Positions 9,854 to 20,278 are shown, counted from the first letter of the stretch. The stretch: 64,000 nucleotides of DNA from Nitrospirota bacterium (GCA_963840455.1 CAWIYV010000007.1:288001-352000), one strand, 5' to 3'. Numbers and translations: made by a program. The notes: generated from the sequence alone by a model not told the origin.

Positions 9854-11392
9854 ATGGCGAACAGGCCGGTCATCCTTATCGTCCTCGATGGATGGGGCAT
9901 CAACATGCATAAGGAGGGGAATGCTGTCGCCGTGGCGAGTGCTCCGATCTATAACAGCCTGATCCGGGACCATCCCCATACCGCGCTGCAGGCTTCGGGG
10001 GAACACGTGGGGCTGCCCGAAGGCCAGATGGGGAACTCCGAGGTGGGGCATCTGAACCTCGGGGCGGGCCGGATCGTCTATCAGGACATCACGCGCATCA
10101 CCAAGTCGATCCGGGATGGGGACTTTGCCCGGAATCCTGCGCTGATCTCCGCCATGGAGACGGCTAAAAAGAACCATGCATCGCTTCACCTCATGGGACT
10201 CCTGTCCGACGGCGGCGTGCACAGCCACATTGATCATATCTTCGCAATGTTCGACTTGGCCAAGATACATGGCCTCTCGCGCGTCTTTTTTCACGCATTC
10301 CTCGACGGGCGTGACACGCCTCCCTCCAGCGCCCTAGGGTACATCAGTCGGCTTGAACAGCATCTCGCCAAGATCGGCATCGGCAGGATCGCAACGGTCT
10401 CCGGCAGGTATTATGCCATGGACCGCGACAAGCGGTGGGAACGCGTACAGAAGGCGCATGAGGCGCTGACGACGGGAGAGGGCATCCGGAAATTCTCCGC
10501 CGAAGAGGCCGTCAAGGACAGCTATGAGCACAAGCGGACCGACGAGTTCGTGCTTCCCACGGTCATTCTTGACCACCGGAACAATGCACCCCTGGGCATC
10601 ATGCGTGATGGTGACGTGACGATCTTTTGCAACTTCCGCTCCGACCGCGCCCGAGAGATCACGCGGACGCTGACGGACCCGGCCTTTGACGGATTCACGC
10701 GCCGCGCGTTCCCTAAGCTCGGCGCTTTCGTCTGCCTCACGACCTATGACGAGACTTTCAACCTTCCGGTAGCATATCCCCCGGTGCGGCTCACGCACAT
10801 CCTGGGTGGAGTGGTGAGCGGCCAGGGAGAGCGGCAGCTCCGCATCGCTGAAACGGAGAAGTACGCCCATGTCACGTTCTTCTTCAACGGCGGTGAACAA
10901 CGGCCGTTTCCGCTTGAGGACCAGGTCCTGGTCCCGTCTCCCCGGGATGTTGCGACCTATGACCTGAAGCCGGAAATGAGCGCGCGGGAGGTGACGGATG
11001 AGCTTGTCAAGCGCATCCTTTCTCGGCAATACCGGTTCATTCTGGTGAACTATGCCAACCCCGATATGGTCGGCCACACGGGGATCATCGCAGCGGCGGT
11101 GAAGGCCGTCGAGGTGATCGATGAGTGTCTCGGCAGGGTGCTGAAAGCGGCCCAGGAGGCCGGTTCGACCGTGATGATCACCGCCGACCATGGCAACCTT
11201 GAGGTGATGACGGACGCGGGGACCGGCCAGCCCCACACCGCCCATACCACCGACCCGGTGCCGTTCATTCTGGTGGGGGAGAAGGTCGTGCTCAGGGACG
11301 ACGGTTGCCTGGCTGACGTGGCTCCTACCGTGCTCCGGTCCATGGGTATCGAGCAACCGAAGGAAATGACCGGTAAGTGCCTCATCACATAG
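9854..11392 (+). CDS. gpmI: 2,3-bisphosphoglycerate-independent phosphoglycerate mutase
   Basis: LDGWG, GQMGNSEVGH, AETEKYAHVT, NPDMVGHTG, TADHGN. Confidence 0.97.
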   Translation: MANRPVILIVLDGWGINMHKEGNAVAVASAPIYNSLIRDHPHTALQASGEHVGLPEGQMGNSEVGHLNLGAGRIVYQDITRITKSIRDGDFARNPALISAMETAKKNHASLHLMGLLSDGGVHSHIDHIFAMFDLAKIHGLSRVFFHAFLDGRDTPPSSALGYISRLEQHLAKIGIGRIATVSGRYYAMDRDKRWERVQKAHEALTTGEGIRKFSAEEAVKDSYEHKRTDEFVLPTVILDHRNNAPLGIMRDGDVTIFCNFRSDRAREITRTLTDPAFDGFTRRAFPKLGAFVCLTTYDETFNLPVAYPPVRLTHILGGVVSGQGERQLRIAETEKYAHVTFFFNGGEQRPFPLEDQVLVPSPRDVATYDLKPEMSAREVTDELVKRILSRQYRFILVNYANPDMVGHTGIIAAAVKAVEVIDECLGRVLKAAQEAGSTVMITADHGNLEVMTDAGTGQPHTAHTTDPVPFILVGEKVVLRDDGCLADVAPTVLRSMGIEQPKEMTGKCLIT

Positions 11393-11490
11393 GCAGCGGT
11401 CCTTAGATTCCCCGTCCCGATCAAGCAATGGCCGGCTATGCGATAGCCCTGTCCGGCAGACATGGATTCGTGGTTTGACTTCTCTTTCGG

Positions 11491-11610
11491 ATTGAATCCA
11501 GGAGCGAGCGCATTCCCCGTAGCTTGCTGCGGGGTTAGCAAGCGATTAGAATAAATAGTACACCCTTGAGGATCGAAGATTCCCTGCAGCTTGCTGCAGG
11601 GAACTTCAAT
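11491..11610 (+). repeat. ~120-bp double-hairpin dispersed element, most intact copy
   Basis: Ends ATTGAA...TTCAAT; internal hairpins CCCCGTAGC-TT-GCTGCGGGG and TTCCCTGCAGC-TT-GCTGCAGGGAA. Confidence 0.85.
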
Positions 11611-11634
11611 ATCTGGAAGCAACACCCATCGATC

Positions 11635-12360
11635 ATGAGTCTTTTCAGGCGCGCTCTCGATCTTCTCCTCCCCGCACCGTGTTCATTCTGCCGCGCTCCC
11701 GTGGCCGATTCAGGGATCCCCCGTTTCTGCAGCCAATGCTGGTTGGAGCTCTCACCCGTCCAAGGACCGGTCTGCCCCTCCTGCGGCAGACCCTTCGGTT
11801 CACACGAGTCCCTTACCCACAGCCCGGAGCATGAGTGTTTGACCTGTAGGACGCGCCCTCCCCATTTTGACCAGGCGCTCGCGGCTGGTCTGTTCGAGGG
11901 CCCGCTCCGAGAAGCGATCCATGTGTACAAGTACCGACCGGTCAGGTCCCTGGGGAAGCCCCTCGCTGCGTGGATGGCGGAGCAGGTGAGGATGACCGTG
12001 CATCTGGACCTGACTATGCCGGTGCCGCTCCATAGAAAAAGGCTCCGACACCGCGGATTCAACCAGGCCCTGATCCTGGCCCACGGCATCAGCGAGCGTT
12101 TCTCGGTACCGCTGCTCTATGATAATCTCATGCGGCTCCGCAGCACGAGGCCGCAAGTGGAGCTCTCGGGCCCCGAACGTAGGTCGAACGTGAAAGGTGC
12201 TTTCGGTCTGGTCCGTCCCGCAGAGGTCCAGGACAAGCGGATCCTGCTGATCGACGATGTCTTCACGACCGGCGCTACCATGAACGAGTGCGCTAAAGTA
12301 TTGAAGGAAGCCGGCGCCGCGTCTGTTACGGTCCTGACCCTTGCTCGGACCGTGGAATAG
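11635..12360 (+). CDS. comF: ComF-family double zinc ribbon/PRTase-like protein
   Basis: Four CxxC pairs, PVPLH, RGFNQA, LLIDDVFTTGAT. Confidence 0.92.
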   Translation: MSLFRRALDLLLPAPCSFCRAPVADSGIPRFCSQCWLELSPVQGPVCPSCGRPFGSHESLTHSPEHECLTCRTRPPHFDQALAAGLFEGPLREAIHVYKYRPVRSLGKPLAAWMAEQVRMTVHLDLTMPVPLHRKRLRHRGFNQALILAHGISERFSVPLLYDNLMRLRSTRPQVELSGPERRSNVKGAFGLVRPAEVQDKRILLIDDVFTTGATMNECAKVLKEAGAASVTVLTLARTVE

Positions 12361-12383
12361 CGTGTGCCAGAACAGGGGTTTTA

Positions 12384-12412
12384 TTGACATTGTCCGGGGC
12401 TGATGTTAAGAT
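12384..12412 (+). promoter_or_regulatory. Sigma70 promoter of the phoH operon
   Basis: TTGACA-N17-TAAGAT. Confidence 0.7.
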
Positions 12413-12414
12413 AG

Positions 12415-12526
12415 TTCAGTTCCCTGCAGCCAACTGCTGGGAATCTTCGGTCCTCAGGGTCGCATGGCTATGCTGATCCCTCGTTAATCCGGCAGGCCGC
12501 GGGAAATGCGCTCGCTCCTGAATTTC
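12415..12526 (-). repeat. ~120-bp element, degenerate copy 3
   Basis: TTCCCTGCAGC...GGGAATCTTCGGTCCTCA...GAAATGCGCTCGCTCCTG matches the reverse complement of 11491-11610. Confidence 0.8.
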
Positions 12527-12550
12527 TGATAGTTAAGGAACGGACCTCAT

Positions 12551-13540
12551 GTGTCTGAACAGTTGATGAAAACATCTGCAGCGCAGTTCATAATAGCGAA
12601 CGAGGATGCGGTCCCCAGTCTTTTCGGGGAACTGGACAAGAACCTTCGGCTCATCGAAGAGATGTACGGCGTCCAGGTGAGCGCCCGCGGCAGCAAGGTC
12701 CTGATCGAAGGGGAAGGGAAGGCCGTGGCAAGGGTTGAACGGCTGTTCAAGCAGCTTTCAGCCATGATCGACGAAAACGTCATCACGCACAAAGAGGATG
12801 TGAGCTCGGCCATCCGGGCTTTTTCCGCAAATCCCGACCTGTCCCTCAAGGAGATATTCCAGGAGACCATCCCTGTATCTCAGCGGAAGCGCCAGGTTGC
12901 GGCCAAGAACGAGACCCAGCGGAAATACATCGAATCCATCAAGAAACACGACATCGTCTTCGGCATCGGACCGGCAGGGACCGGCAAGACCTATCTCGCC
13001 ATGGCCATGGCCGTTTCCGCGCTCCTCCGGCGCGAAGTGAGCAGGATCATCCTCGTCCGTCCGGCCGTCGAGGCCGGGGAGAAGCTCGGGTTCCTGCCCG
13101 GCGATGTCGCCGAAAAGGTCAATCCCTACCTCCGGCCGCTCTATGACGCGCTCTACGACATGATCGAGACCGAGAAGGCCAACAAGCTGGTGGAACGCGG
13201 CGATATCGAGATCGCGCCGCTTGCGTTCATGCGCGGCCGCACCCTTAATGATTCCTTCATTATCCTCGATGAAGCACAGAACACCACGTCGGAGCAGATG
13301 AAGATGTTCCTGACCCGCCTGGGCTTCAACTCCAAGACCGTCATCACCGGCGATATCACACAGATCGACCTGCCGGGGGGCAGGAGCTCCGGTCTTATTG
13401 AGGCGCAGAAGATCATCGAGGGCATCGAAGGGATCCAGTTCGTCTACTTCACGAACAAGGACGTCGTGCGTCACAAGCTGGTGCAGCAGATCATTAAAGC
13501 ATATGAGCGGCACGAGGGACAGCATGGCCAGCAGGGATGA
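12551..13540 (+). CDS. phoH: PhoH-family ATPase (YbeZ-like)
   Basis: GPAGTGKT, RPAVEAGEKLGFLPG, AFMRGRTL, DEAQN. Confidence 0.95.
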   Translation: MSEQLMKTSAAQFIIANEDAVPSLFGELDKNLRLIEEMYGVQVSARGSKVLIEGEGKAVARVERLFKQLSAMIDENVITHKEDVSSAIRAFSANPDLSLKEIFQETIPVSQRKRQVAAKNETQRKYIESIKKHDIVFGIGPAGTGKTYLAMAMAVSALLRREVSRIILVRPAVEAGEKLGFLPGDVAEKVNPYLRPLYDALYDMIETEKANKLVERGDIEIAPLAFMRGRTLNDSFIILDEAQNTTSEQMKMFLTRLGFNSKTVITGDITQIDLPGGRSSGLIEAQKIIEGIEGIQFVYFTNKDVVRHKLVQQIIKAYERHEGQHGQQG

Positions 13541-15281
13541 GACCACCTCAAGGCTTCTGCCCAAGACATCACTGCCGGACCAGGAGCGGGAGGAAGGGGC
13601 TCCCGGCGTTTCGCGAAAGTCCCGCCTGCTGATCTACTCACTGTCCCTGTTCACGTCGCTCCTTCTGGCCTTCATCCTCCTTCCCCGCGTTCCGCATCTG
13701 AAGACCGGCGATATCGCACCCAAGAACATCACCGCGCCGGCTACCCTGTACGTCGAGTATGAGGGGCCGGATCAGACGCTGCTCTTCGCCCGCGTCAACC
13801 GCGGCGAGGTGATCGCCGAAGCGGGAAAGAGAATAACGGACAGGTCGGCGGCGATCCTTGCCGAAATTGCCAGGCGTGAGGGCATCGGGAACCGGTTGTA
13901 CGCGTATGCGGGCCTGACGCTCCTCATCCTGCTCGTATTCTACCTGTTCTACCGCGACGTCAAGCGGTACCGGCCCGCTCTTGCCGGTGACCGACGGAAG
14001 ATCATCCTGCTGGCGTTCCTGCTCGTCGTCACGATCATTGTATCCCAGTTCTCCCGGACCATCATGCTGCTCATTGCCGACGCCTTCGCGCTCGATGCCG
14101 CCACCGTCGGTTTCGCCCTCCCCGTGGCATCAGGGGCCATGCTGGTGAGCCTGCTCTTGGATTTTCATCTGGCGCTGGCGTTCTCCTTCATCGTGAGCCT
14201 GCTGATGGGCATGGTTTTTCCGGGCGACCCGTTCATGCCGCTCTTCTATTTCACTACCAGCATCATGGCTGCCCTGCATGTCATCCGGTGCAAGAAGCGG
14301 ACGGCCGTGATCCGGGCAGGGGGCATGACCGCGCTCGTGAGCTTCGTCGCCATCATCGGCATCGATCTCTATCACGGCCAGTTGGTGGGCCGGGGCCTCT
14401 TCGACCTGGGCGCAGGTCTCCTCGGCGCGGCCCTGACGGCGACCATCGTCACCGTGACCCTGCCGTTCTTCGAGGCCGTGTTCGATATCGCCACGGATAT
14501 CAAGCTCCTGGAGCTGATGGACCCGAACCAGCCGCTCCTCAAGGAACTGGTGTACAAGAGCCCGGGGACGTACCACCATAGCATCGTCATCGGCAACCTG
14601 GCAGAGGCCGCGGCCGAGGCGGTCAACGAGAATCCGCTCCTGGCGAGGGTGGGGTCCTATTACCACGACATCGGAAAGGTGCAGAAACCCGAGTACTTCA
14701 TCGAGAACCAGAGGGTAGATGAGAACAAGCATGACCGTCTGAGCCCCTCGATGAGCAGCCTTATCATCACATCCCATGTCAAGGAAGGTGCGGAAATGGC
14801 GAAGCAGCAGAAGCTGCCTTCGGCAATTGTGGACATCATCCGGCAGCACCACGGGAATTCCCTGATCACCTATTTCTACCAGAAGGCCAAAGAGCTCCAG
14901 CCCGTCGGGCCGGTAGCCGAGCAGGATTTCCGCTATCCCGGACCCCGCCCGCGGACCAAGGTCGCCGCGATCGTCATGCTGGCCGATGCGGTCGAAGCCG
15001 CCTCGCGCACGCTTGTGGAACCTACGCCGCAGCGCATCCAGAGCCTTACCAACAGCGTCATTACCCGGATATTCCTCGACGACCAGCTCAGCATGTGCGA
15101 CCTCACGCTCAAGGACCTGCGGGAGATCTCGAAAAGCTTCAACATGATCCTGAACGGGATCTTCCATCACCGCATCGATTATCCCGGCGTGGAGTTCTCC
15201 GGAGCGAAAAAGCGCAGTGACCATCCTGATAAAAAGCACCCTGAAGAAGCAAAACCCGCCGGCAGCACGCATACGGGCTAG
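13524..15281 (+). CDS. 7TM receptor with intracellular HD hydrolase (PgpH-like)
   Basis: Multiple TM helices, [27 protein letters not shown]; between phoH and ybeY. Confidence 0.9.
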   Translation: MASRDETTSRLLPKTSLPDQEREEGAPGVSRKSRLLIYSLSLFTSLLLAFILLPRVPHLKTGDIAPKNITAPATLYVEYEGPDQTLLFARVNRGEVIAEAGKRITDRSAAILAEIARREGIGNRLYAYAGLTLLILLVFYLFYRDVKRYRPALAGDRRKIILLAFLLVVTIIVSQFSRTIMLLIADAFALDAATVGFALPVASGAMLVSLLLDFHLALAFSFIVSLLMGMVFPGDPFMPLFYFTTSIMAALHVIRCKKRTAVIRAGGMTALVSFVAIIGIDLYHGQLVGRGLFDLGAGLLGAALTATIVTVTLPFFEAVFDIATDIKLLELMDPNQPLLKELVYKSPGTYHHSIVIGNLAEAAAEAVNENPLLARVGSYYHDIGKVQKPEYFIENQRVDENKHDRLSPSMSSLIITSHVKEGAEMAKQQKLPSAIVDIIRQHHGNSLITYFYQKAKELQPVGPVAEQDFRYPGPRPRTKVAAIVMLADAVEAASRTLVEPTPQRIQSLTNSVITRIFLDDQLSMCDLTLKDLREISKSFNMILNGIFHHRIDYPGVEFSGAKKRSDHPDKKHPEEAKPAGSTHTG

Positions 15282-15654
15282 CCTGCGGATGCTCATGGGC
15301 TCCGAACGGCTGCCCGATGCTGAGGTGAGCGTTCTGCTGATTGGCGACGGGGCCATGCGCACGCTCAACAGGCGATATCGGGGCAAGGACCGGACCACCG
15401 ACGTGCTCTCGTTCCCGCTGAGAGAAGGAACGTTTTCCGGCGTCCAACACCAACTTCTGGGGGATATCGTTATTTCCGTTCCAGCCGCGGCGCGTCAGGC
15501 GAAGGCAGCCGGTGAAACACTGCTCGATGAGATCGACCGGCTGCTGGTGCACGGCTTCCTGCATCTGCTGGGGTACGACCACGAGCGCGGCGGGGCTGAG
15601 GCTCGGCGGATGGAGGCACGCGAACGCCGCCTGCGGGAGACGCTCAAACGGTGA
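15217..15654 (+). CDS. ybeY: rRNA maturation endoribonuclease YbeY
   Basis: [18 protein letters not shown]. Confidence 0.96.
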   Translation: MTILIKSTLKKQNPPAARIRASLRMLMGSERLPDAEVSVLLIGDGAMRTLNRRYRGKDRTTDVLSFPLREGTFSGVQHQLLGDIVISVPAAARQAKAAGETLLDEIDRLLVHGFLHLLGYDHERGGAEARRMEARERRLRETLKR

Positions 15655-16352
15655 AACCCAAACGCTGGCTGGACAAGGCGAACGTCGCCATCGAAGGCAT
15701 CATCTACTCCGTCAAAACGCAACGTCACATGCGGTATCACCTGGTTGCGGCGCTCGGCGTTCTCCTGGCGGGCCTTTTAGTAAATATCTCGCGGACCGAC
15801 TTCATCCTGCTGTCCATGGCAATCGTCCTGGTCCTGGTCGCCGAAATGCTGAACACGGCCCTCGAAGTTGCCGTCGATATGATCGCCGAGGATTATCATC
15901 CGAAGGCGAAGATCGCCAAAGACATCGCCGCCGGAGTCGTTCTCGTAGCCTCCGTCGGGGCGCTGATCCTGGCCTATCTGATCCTGTATCCTGCACTTCG
16001 CGAAGCATGGCAACAGGGACTCTGTCATCTTCGGAAGGCGCCCCATGACGTCATCGCCTTTGTGTCCCTCGCTGTCGTCGTCATTGCGGTGGTCTTCATC
16101 AAGGCCGTTCTGGGCAAAGGCGAACCGCTCCGGGGAGGGATGCCGAGCGGTCACGCGGCGGTATCGTTCTCGATATGGGTCGCGACCATCTACCTTTCCG
16201 ACTCGTTGCCTATCGTCGCGCTCACGTTCATTCTTGCAGCGATGGTGAGCTGGAGCAGATGGTCATCCGGTGTTCACCAGCCTCGGGAAGTGGTGATCGG
16301 CGCGTCTCTGGGAGCGGGCGTTACGTTTTTGCTGTTCCTGCTGTTCGGTTAA
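15651..16352 (+). CDS. dgkA: DgkA-type diacylglycerol/undecaprenol kinase fused to a PAP2 phosphatase domain
   Basis: [15 protein letters not shown]; C-terminal MPSGH and SR...VH...EV. Confidence 0.88.
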   Translation: MKPKRWLDKANVAIEGIIYSVKTQRHMRYHLVAALGVLLAGLLVNISRTDFILLSMAIVLVLVAEMLNTALEVAVDMIAEDYHPKAKIAKDIAAGVVLVASVGALILAYLILYPALREAWQQGLCHLRKAPHDVIAFVSLAVVVIAVVFIKAVLGKGEPLRGGMPSGHAAVSFSIWVATIYLSDSLPIVALTFILAAMVSWSRWSSGVHQPREVVIGASLGAGVTFLLFLLFG

Positions 16353-16390
16353 GAGCGCCGAAGATTGACTCATGGAATATTTCGGACCGT

Positions 16391-16506
16391 GTTGAATCTT
16401 TCTGGAGCAAAATGCAGGGAATCTTCGGTCCTCAGGACAGTACGTTCGTCCTGATCGCCCGCTAACCCCCAGCAAGCTGCAGGAATGCACCCGATCCTGG
16501 AGTCAA
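16391..16506 (-). repeat. ~120-bp element, degenerate copy 4
   Basis: TTGAA...TGCAGGGAATCTTCGGTCCTCA...GCTAACCCCCAGCAAGCTGC...TCCTGGAGTCAA. Confidence 0.8.
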
Positions 16507-16551
16507 GCAGAGACCGGTTCTTGATCGTGATCCTCGGGTAAGGAGTTAACG

Positions 16552-16905
16552 GTGCTGGACCAGATCCTTGATGAATTGATCACGTCGGTTCGAGGCGCTT
16601 CTGCGGCCATATTTGTGGATGGCGACGGCGAGGCCATCGTCCAGGCAGGGGAGACAAAGAAGGACATCAAGCTCCTGGGTGCATGGAAGGAGATCCACCT
16701 TGATCGGATCAAGGAAATCACGGGCAGCCTCGGGCTTGGATCAGTGAAGGCCGTCCTCTTCTCGCTTGATGAAGGCAATGAACTGATCGTCCCTGTGGAC
16801 CCTGACTACTGCCTGATACTATTCATGTCGTCCTATGCCGATATCCTGCATGCTATGACCGAACTGGATAAAGCCATCGTCCTCGTAAAGAAGGACATAG
16901 CATGA
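16552..16905 (+). CDS. Roadblock/LC7-domain protein
   Basis: 117 aa; AAIFVDGDGE motif; GTG start after AAGGAG. Confidence 0.75.
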   Translation: MLDQILDELITSVRGASAAIFVDGDGEAIVQAGETKKDIKLLGAWKEIHLDRIKEITGSLGLGSVKAVLFSLDEGNELIVPVDPDYCLILFMSSYADILHAMTELDKAIVLVKKDIA

Positions 16906-16968
16906 CGGCTGAAAGGCTTGGCGCCTGCGGCTTGACCAGGATTGATGCGGAAAACCGTGATTAAAACA

Positions 16969-17320
16969 AACCCGGACTAGCCGGGATCAAAGGTGTCTTT
17001 CGCAGCAAGCGGAGAACGCAGAGGTAAATCAAAGCCTTTAAGTCTTGGTGTTTAATACGAGATATTTTTAAGCTTTTCTCTGTGCACTTTGCGCCTCGCT
17101 TAGAAGCGCCTACTCTTGGCTGTGGAAAAATATGCTTTCCTTCTTGAGAAGAATTTGATTCTTTAATGACTAACCCGCACAAGCCTTAACTAAGACTCTT
17201 AGACAGGATTACGACCGCAGGCCAAAGACAACATCATCAATTGGATCGCTCGCTTTGCAATAGCCAGTCAATCCTATTATCCTGTCAAATTCTGACCTGT
17301 ATGAACGTATTATCCAGGTT
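16969..17320. repeat. Cluster of degenerate palindromic repeat elements
   Basis: GCGGAGAACGCAGAG (17009)/CTCTGTGCACTTTGC (17078); GACAGGAT (17202)/ATCCTGTC (17279); AACCCGGAC...ATCCAGGTT. Confidence 0.5.
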
Positions 17321-17424
17321 GAGCGTTAAAGATACGGTGAATAAGGCCGTGAAGACAGATGAAGTGTCTGTGTAGCGGAAAGGGTGATCGAGGAGTCCTG
17401 CTTACATTGTTCGGCCTGCCCCTG

Positions 17425-18384
17425 CTATATCTCGTCAAAGGTGCCGATCCGGCGCAATCTCTCGTAACGCTGTTTGATCAGTTCGTCGATCGGGACATTC
17501 CTGATCTCTGCAAGGTTTCTGACCACCGCTTCCTTCAGGAGCTCCGCGGCCCGCCTCGGATCGCGATGGGCACCGCCGACAGGCTCTTCCACGACCTCAT
17601 CGATAACCTTCATCTGGAACAGGTCCTGGGCTGTGATCTTGAGCAGCTCGGCAGCCTCACTGGCCTTTGCGCCGTTGTTCCAAAGGATCGCGGCACAGCC
17701 TTCGGGCGAGATGACAGAATAGGTGGAGTGTTCCAGCATCAGGATGCGGTCCGCAACGCCTAAGGCCAGCGCACCTCCGCTTCCGCCCTCGCCGATGACC
17801 ACTGCCATGATGGGGGTCTTGAGCTGGGACATGACCGACAGGTTCCGGGCAATTGATTCACCCTGTCCCCGTTCTTCGGCGCCGATCCCGGGATAGGCGC
17901 CCGGCGTATCAATGAACGTGAGGAGGGGCTTGTTGAACCTTTCGGCATACCGCATGAGGCGAAGCGCTTTGCGGTACCCCTCCGGGTTCGGCATGCCGAA
18001 GTTGCGGAAGATCTTTTCCTTGGTTGTCCGGCCTTTCTGGTGGCCGATGACCACCAGCGGCATTCCCTCGAGCTTCGCCATGCCGGCAGCGATGGCGGGA
18101 TCATCAGCAAAGGCCCGGTCGCCGTGCATCTCAAGGAAGTCGGTCAGCATAGCCTCGATGTAGTCAAGGGTATACGGGCGGTTGGGGTGGCGGGATATCT
18201 GCGCCTTTTGCCAAGGAGTGATGCGGGAGTATATCTCGGCCCTGAGCTGGTCGGACTTCTTATGGAGCTTGAGGATCTCTTCCTCGAGGTCGATGTTCCC
18301 ATTGGAGGTGAAGAGGGTCAGTTCCTCGATCTTTTTCTCCAGCTCGGCGATGGGTTTTTCAAAATCCAGATATTCCTGTGGCAA
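17425..18384 (-). CDS. accA: Acetyl-CoA carboxylase carboxyltransferase subunit alpha
   Basis: [30 protein letters not shown]; TTG start after AGGAG (alternative ATG at 18402). Confidence 0.97.
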   Translation of the reverse strand: MPQEYLDFEKPIAELEKKIEELTLFTSNGNIDLEEEILKLHKKSDQLRAEIYSRITPWQKAQISRHPNRPYTLDYIEAMLTDFLEMHGDRAFADDPAIAAGMAKLEGMPLVVIGHQKGRTTKEKIFRNFGMPNPEGYRKALRLMRYAERFNKPLLTFIDTPGAYPGIGAEERGQGESIARNLSVMSQLKTPIMAVVIGEGGSGGALALGVADRILMLEHSTYSVISPEGCAAILWNNGAKASEAAELLKITAQDLFQMKVIDEVVEEPVGGAHRDPRRAAELLKEAVVRNLAEIRNVPIDELIKQRYERLRRIGTFDEI

Positions 18385-18646
18385 ATCCTGCTCCTGATGC
18401 ATCGAATAGCGTATGAGGCAAAATACCGGAGCGGTTTCCCGGCTCCGGTATCGATTAAGTGTCTTTATTATCTGATATTGAAGGGTCAAAGTCAAGGATG
18501 TTTTGGGAACGTGAACTAAAAGAGGGAATAAATTCGATGGTCTTCTCCCACCGGACAGCAACGTGCTAGTTCCTGGAAGGTCTTTGTGCGGACAGCAACA
18601 GCGAAGGGATGATTGGAGGAACTAACCGTAGTGAAGATGTTGCAAG

Positions 18647-18699
18647 TGGTGCCGCTGACCGGGGTCGAACCGGTACGGGGATTTCCCACCCGAGGGATT
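18647..18699 (-). repeat. Displaced 3' half of tRNA-Leu (att site, distal)
   Basis: TGGTGCCGCTGACCGGGGTCGAACCGGTACG is identical to the tRNA 3' end; variable arm differs; similarity ends at CGAGGGATT. Confidence 0.92.
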
Positions 18700-18852
18700 G
18701 AGAGTCGAATGAACGCCTTTAAATTGCTTGTTACTCTACGATTTCAAAAAAAAATCGTTGCCAGTGCTTGGCAGATAGAGTTAGATGGAGACCTGTGGAA
18801 AACCTATCTTGACGGGCACAAAATAGGCACGTGTAAAAAGATAAAGTATATT

Positions 18853-18880
18853 AGGGCCTGGGAGACTAGGCCCTTTTTTT
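18853..18880 (+). terminator. Intrinsic terminator near the island end
   Basis: AGGGCCTGG-GAGA-CTAGGCCC followed by T7. Confidence 0.7.
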
Positions 18881-19522
18881 ATCCGCTGTTTCTGTCCGCT
18901 ATTGACATAGGCACTGCATAATCTTAAATGACGAGAACGTTAACTTGACCATCGGTGGTTCCGAAACAATAGCGATCTGACTCCGGGGGCGTTATGGGTC
19001 TGTGGCTCATGAAGAAAGTGGAACTCACTAAATGCATCAGTGTCCACGAGACGCATCACGAATGATGCAAAGCTTAATGACCAGGTCAAAGAACAAAGAA
19101 TTTTGGTCATAATTGTTATTAACATACCCTAATAATACCCCGAAATTGACGTTGACACAGTTTTAGTAATGTGATAATTTTTGTTACTTACTGCGTACTG
19201 CTTGCTAACCACTATTCTCTACATCTTCTATTCCGATTTTTTTCTATAAATCGCAGTGAACGGTGTTGCGTTTGTTGTTGCGGATGAATGCAATAATATT
19301 TATTGCTGCTCCTATCATTTCTGTCTGTATTTATTTCAAGACATTCGATACATGCTTATTTATGCATGAAGAGGCGAGATCGAGATGATGTTCATGATAA
19401 GCCAAAGTGCCGAAGAAACTGTGTCCATCACTACGGAGCATGGTAACGTGTCCGAGCCGGCACAGTATTTCTTAGTGATCACTTGCGGTTTGTTCTTCTG
19501 ATCTATCACATGACTTTTTCTC

Positions 19523-20278
19523 ATGGGAGATAATTCTATGCAATCAAGTACGCCTCTATCACACAACGACGCTGCCATCCTTCTTCAATTGCTTAACAGG
19601 AGCGCTGCCTGCACTGATGAAAAAGATTTTCACCATCTCATGTGCGGAATGAAAGCGCTCATCCCCTATGAGAATGCGTTTGCCGTGCTCGGCAGGAGGG
19701 GGCATCTGGGGGATATGGCGTATCACGCCGTAGTGATCAGCTGCCCTATAAGGGGACAGGAAGGGACTCTTGGCTCGTGCGATCATCATGATGCTGTCAT
19801 GCAGAAGAAGTTTGCTCAATTTCCCGTGCGCCATTGGAAGGATATCTGCCATAGTGATCGACACCAGAAAAATATCGTATCGATATCGTACGATGCGGAG
19901 AGAAACTATGGCTTTACCCACGAGGCAAACGATCCGGACGGGATGCAGGGGAGCATGCTCTCTTTGTCAGGGCGGAGCGTGAAGCGAACCAAACGGACAG
20001 AAAGCATTTTGTCATTGGCCGTTCCACACCTACACTACGCCCTTGCGCGCGCTCTCCGGCGGAGCCACAGCACAAAGCACAGACTTTCCCCCAAGGAAAA
20101 AGAGGTGATCAATTGGTTGAAACAGGGGAAGAGCACCTGGGACATATCAACGCTTCAACGTATCAGCGAGCGGACCGTGAAATTCCACATAGCGAATATC
20201 ATCCAGAAACTCAATGCATCAAACAGGGCCCATGCCGTGACGATCGCGATCGAGCAGGGGATCGATACTATCATGTAA
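19523..20278 (+). CDS. LuxR-family regulator (autoinducer-binding-like domain plus HTH), LuxR solo
   Basis: LSPKEKEVINWLKQGKSTWDIS...ISERTVKFHIANIIQKL HTH; ~180-aa N-terminal ligand-binding-type domain. Confidence 0.9.
   Translation: MGDNSMQSSTPLSHNDAAILLQLLNRSAACTDEKDFHHLMCGMKALIPYENAFAVLGRRGHLGDMAYHAVVISCPIRGQEGTLGSCDHHDAVMQKKFAQFPVRHWKDICHSDRHQKNIVSISYDAERNYGFTHEANDPDGMQGSMLSLSGRSVKRTKRTESILSLAVPHLHYALARALRRSHSTKHRLSPKEKEVINWLKQGKSTWDISTLQRISERTVKFHIANIIQKLNASNRAHAVTIAIEQGIDTIM

Noticed and set aside
11050-12089. ORFs containing FPAASCRESSILK or EVPCSKLQGIFDP, and the upstream extension of comF
   Set aside because: These are translations of the 120-bp repeat element, not proteins
18613-18921. 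ORFs 18613-18921 and 26028-26225 sharing VPLTGVEPVR, suggesting paralogues or integrase remnants
   Set aside because: The shared peptide is the antisense translation of the tRNA 3' half; no tyrosine-recombinase catalytic motifs are visible
18940-19500. Small minus-strand ORFs in island B as a toxin-antitoxin pair or peptide signal
   Set aside because: No SD, motif or compositional support
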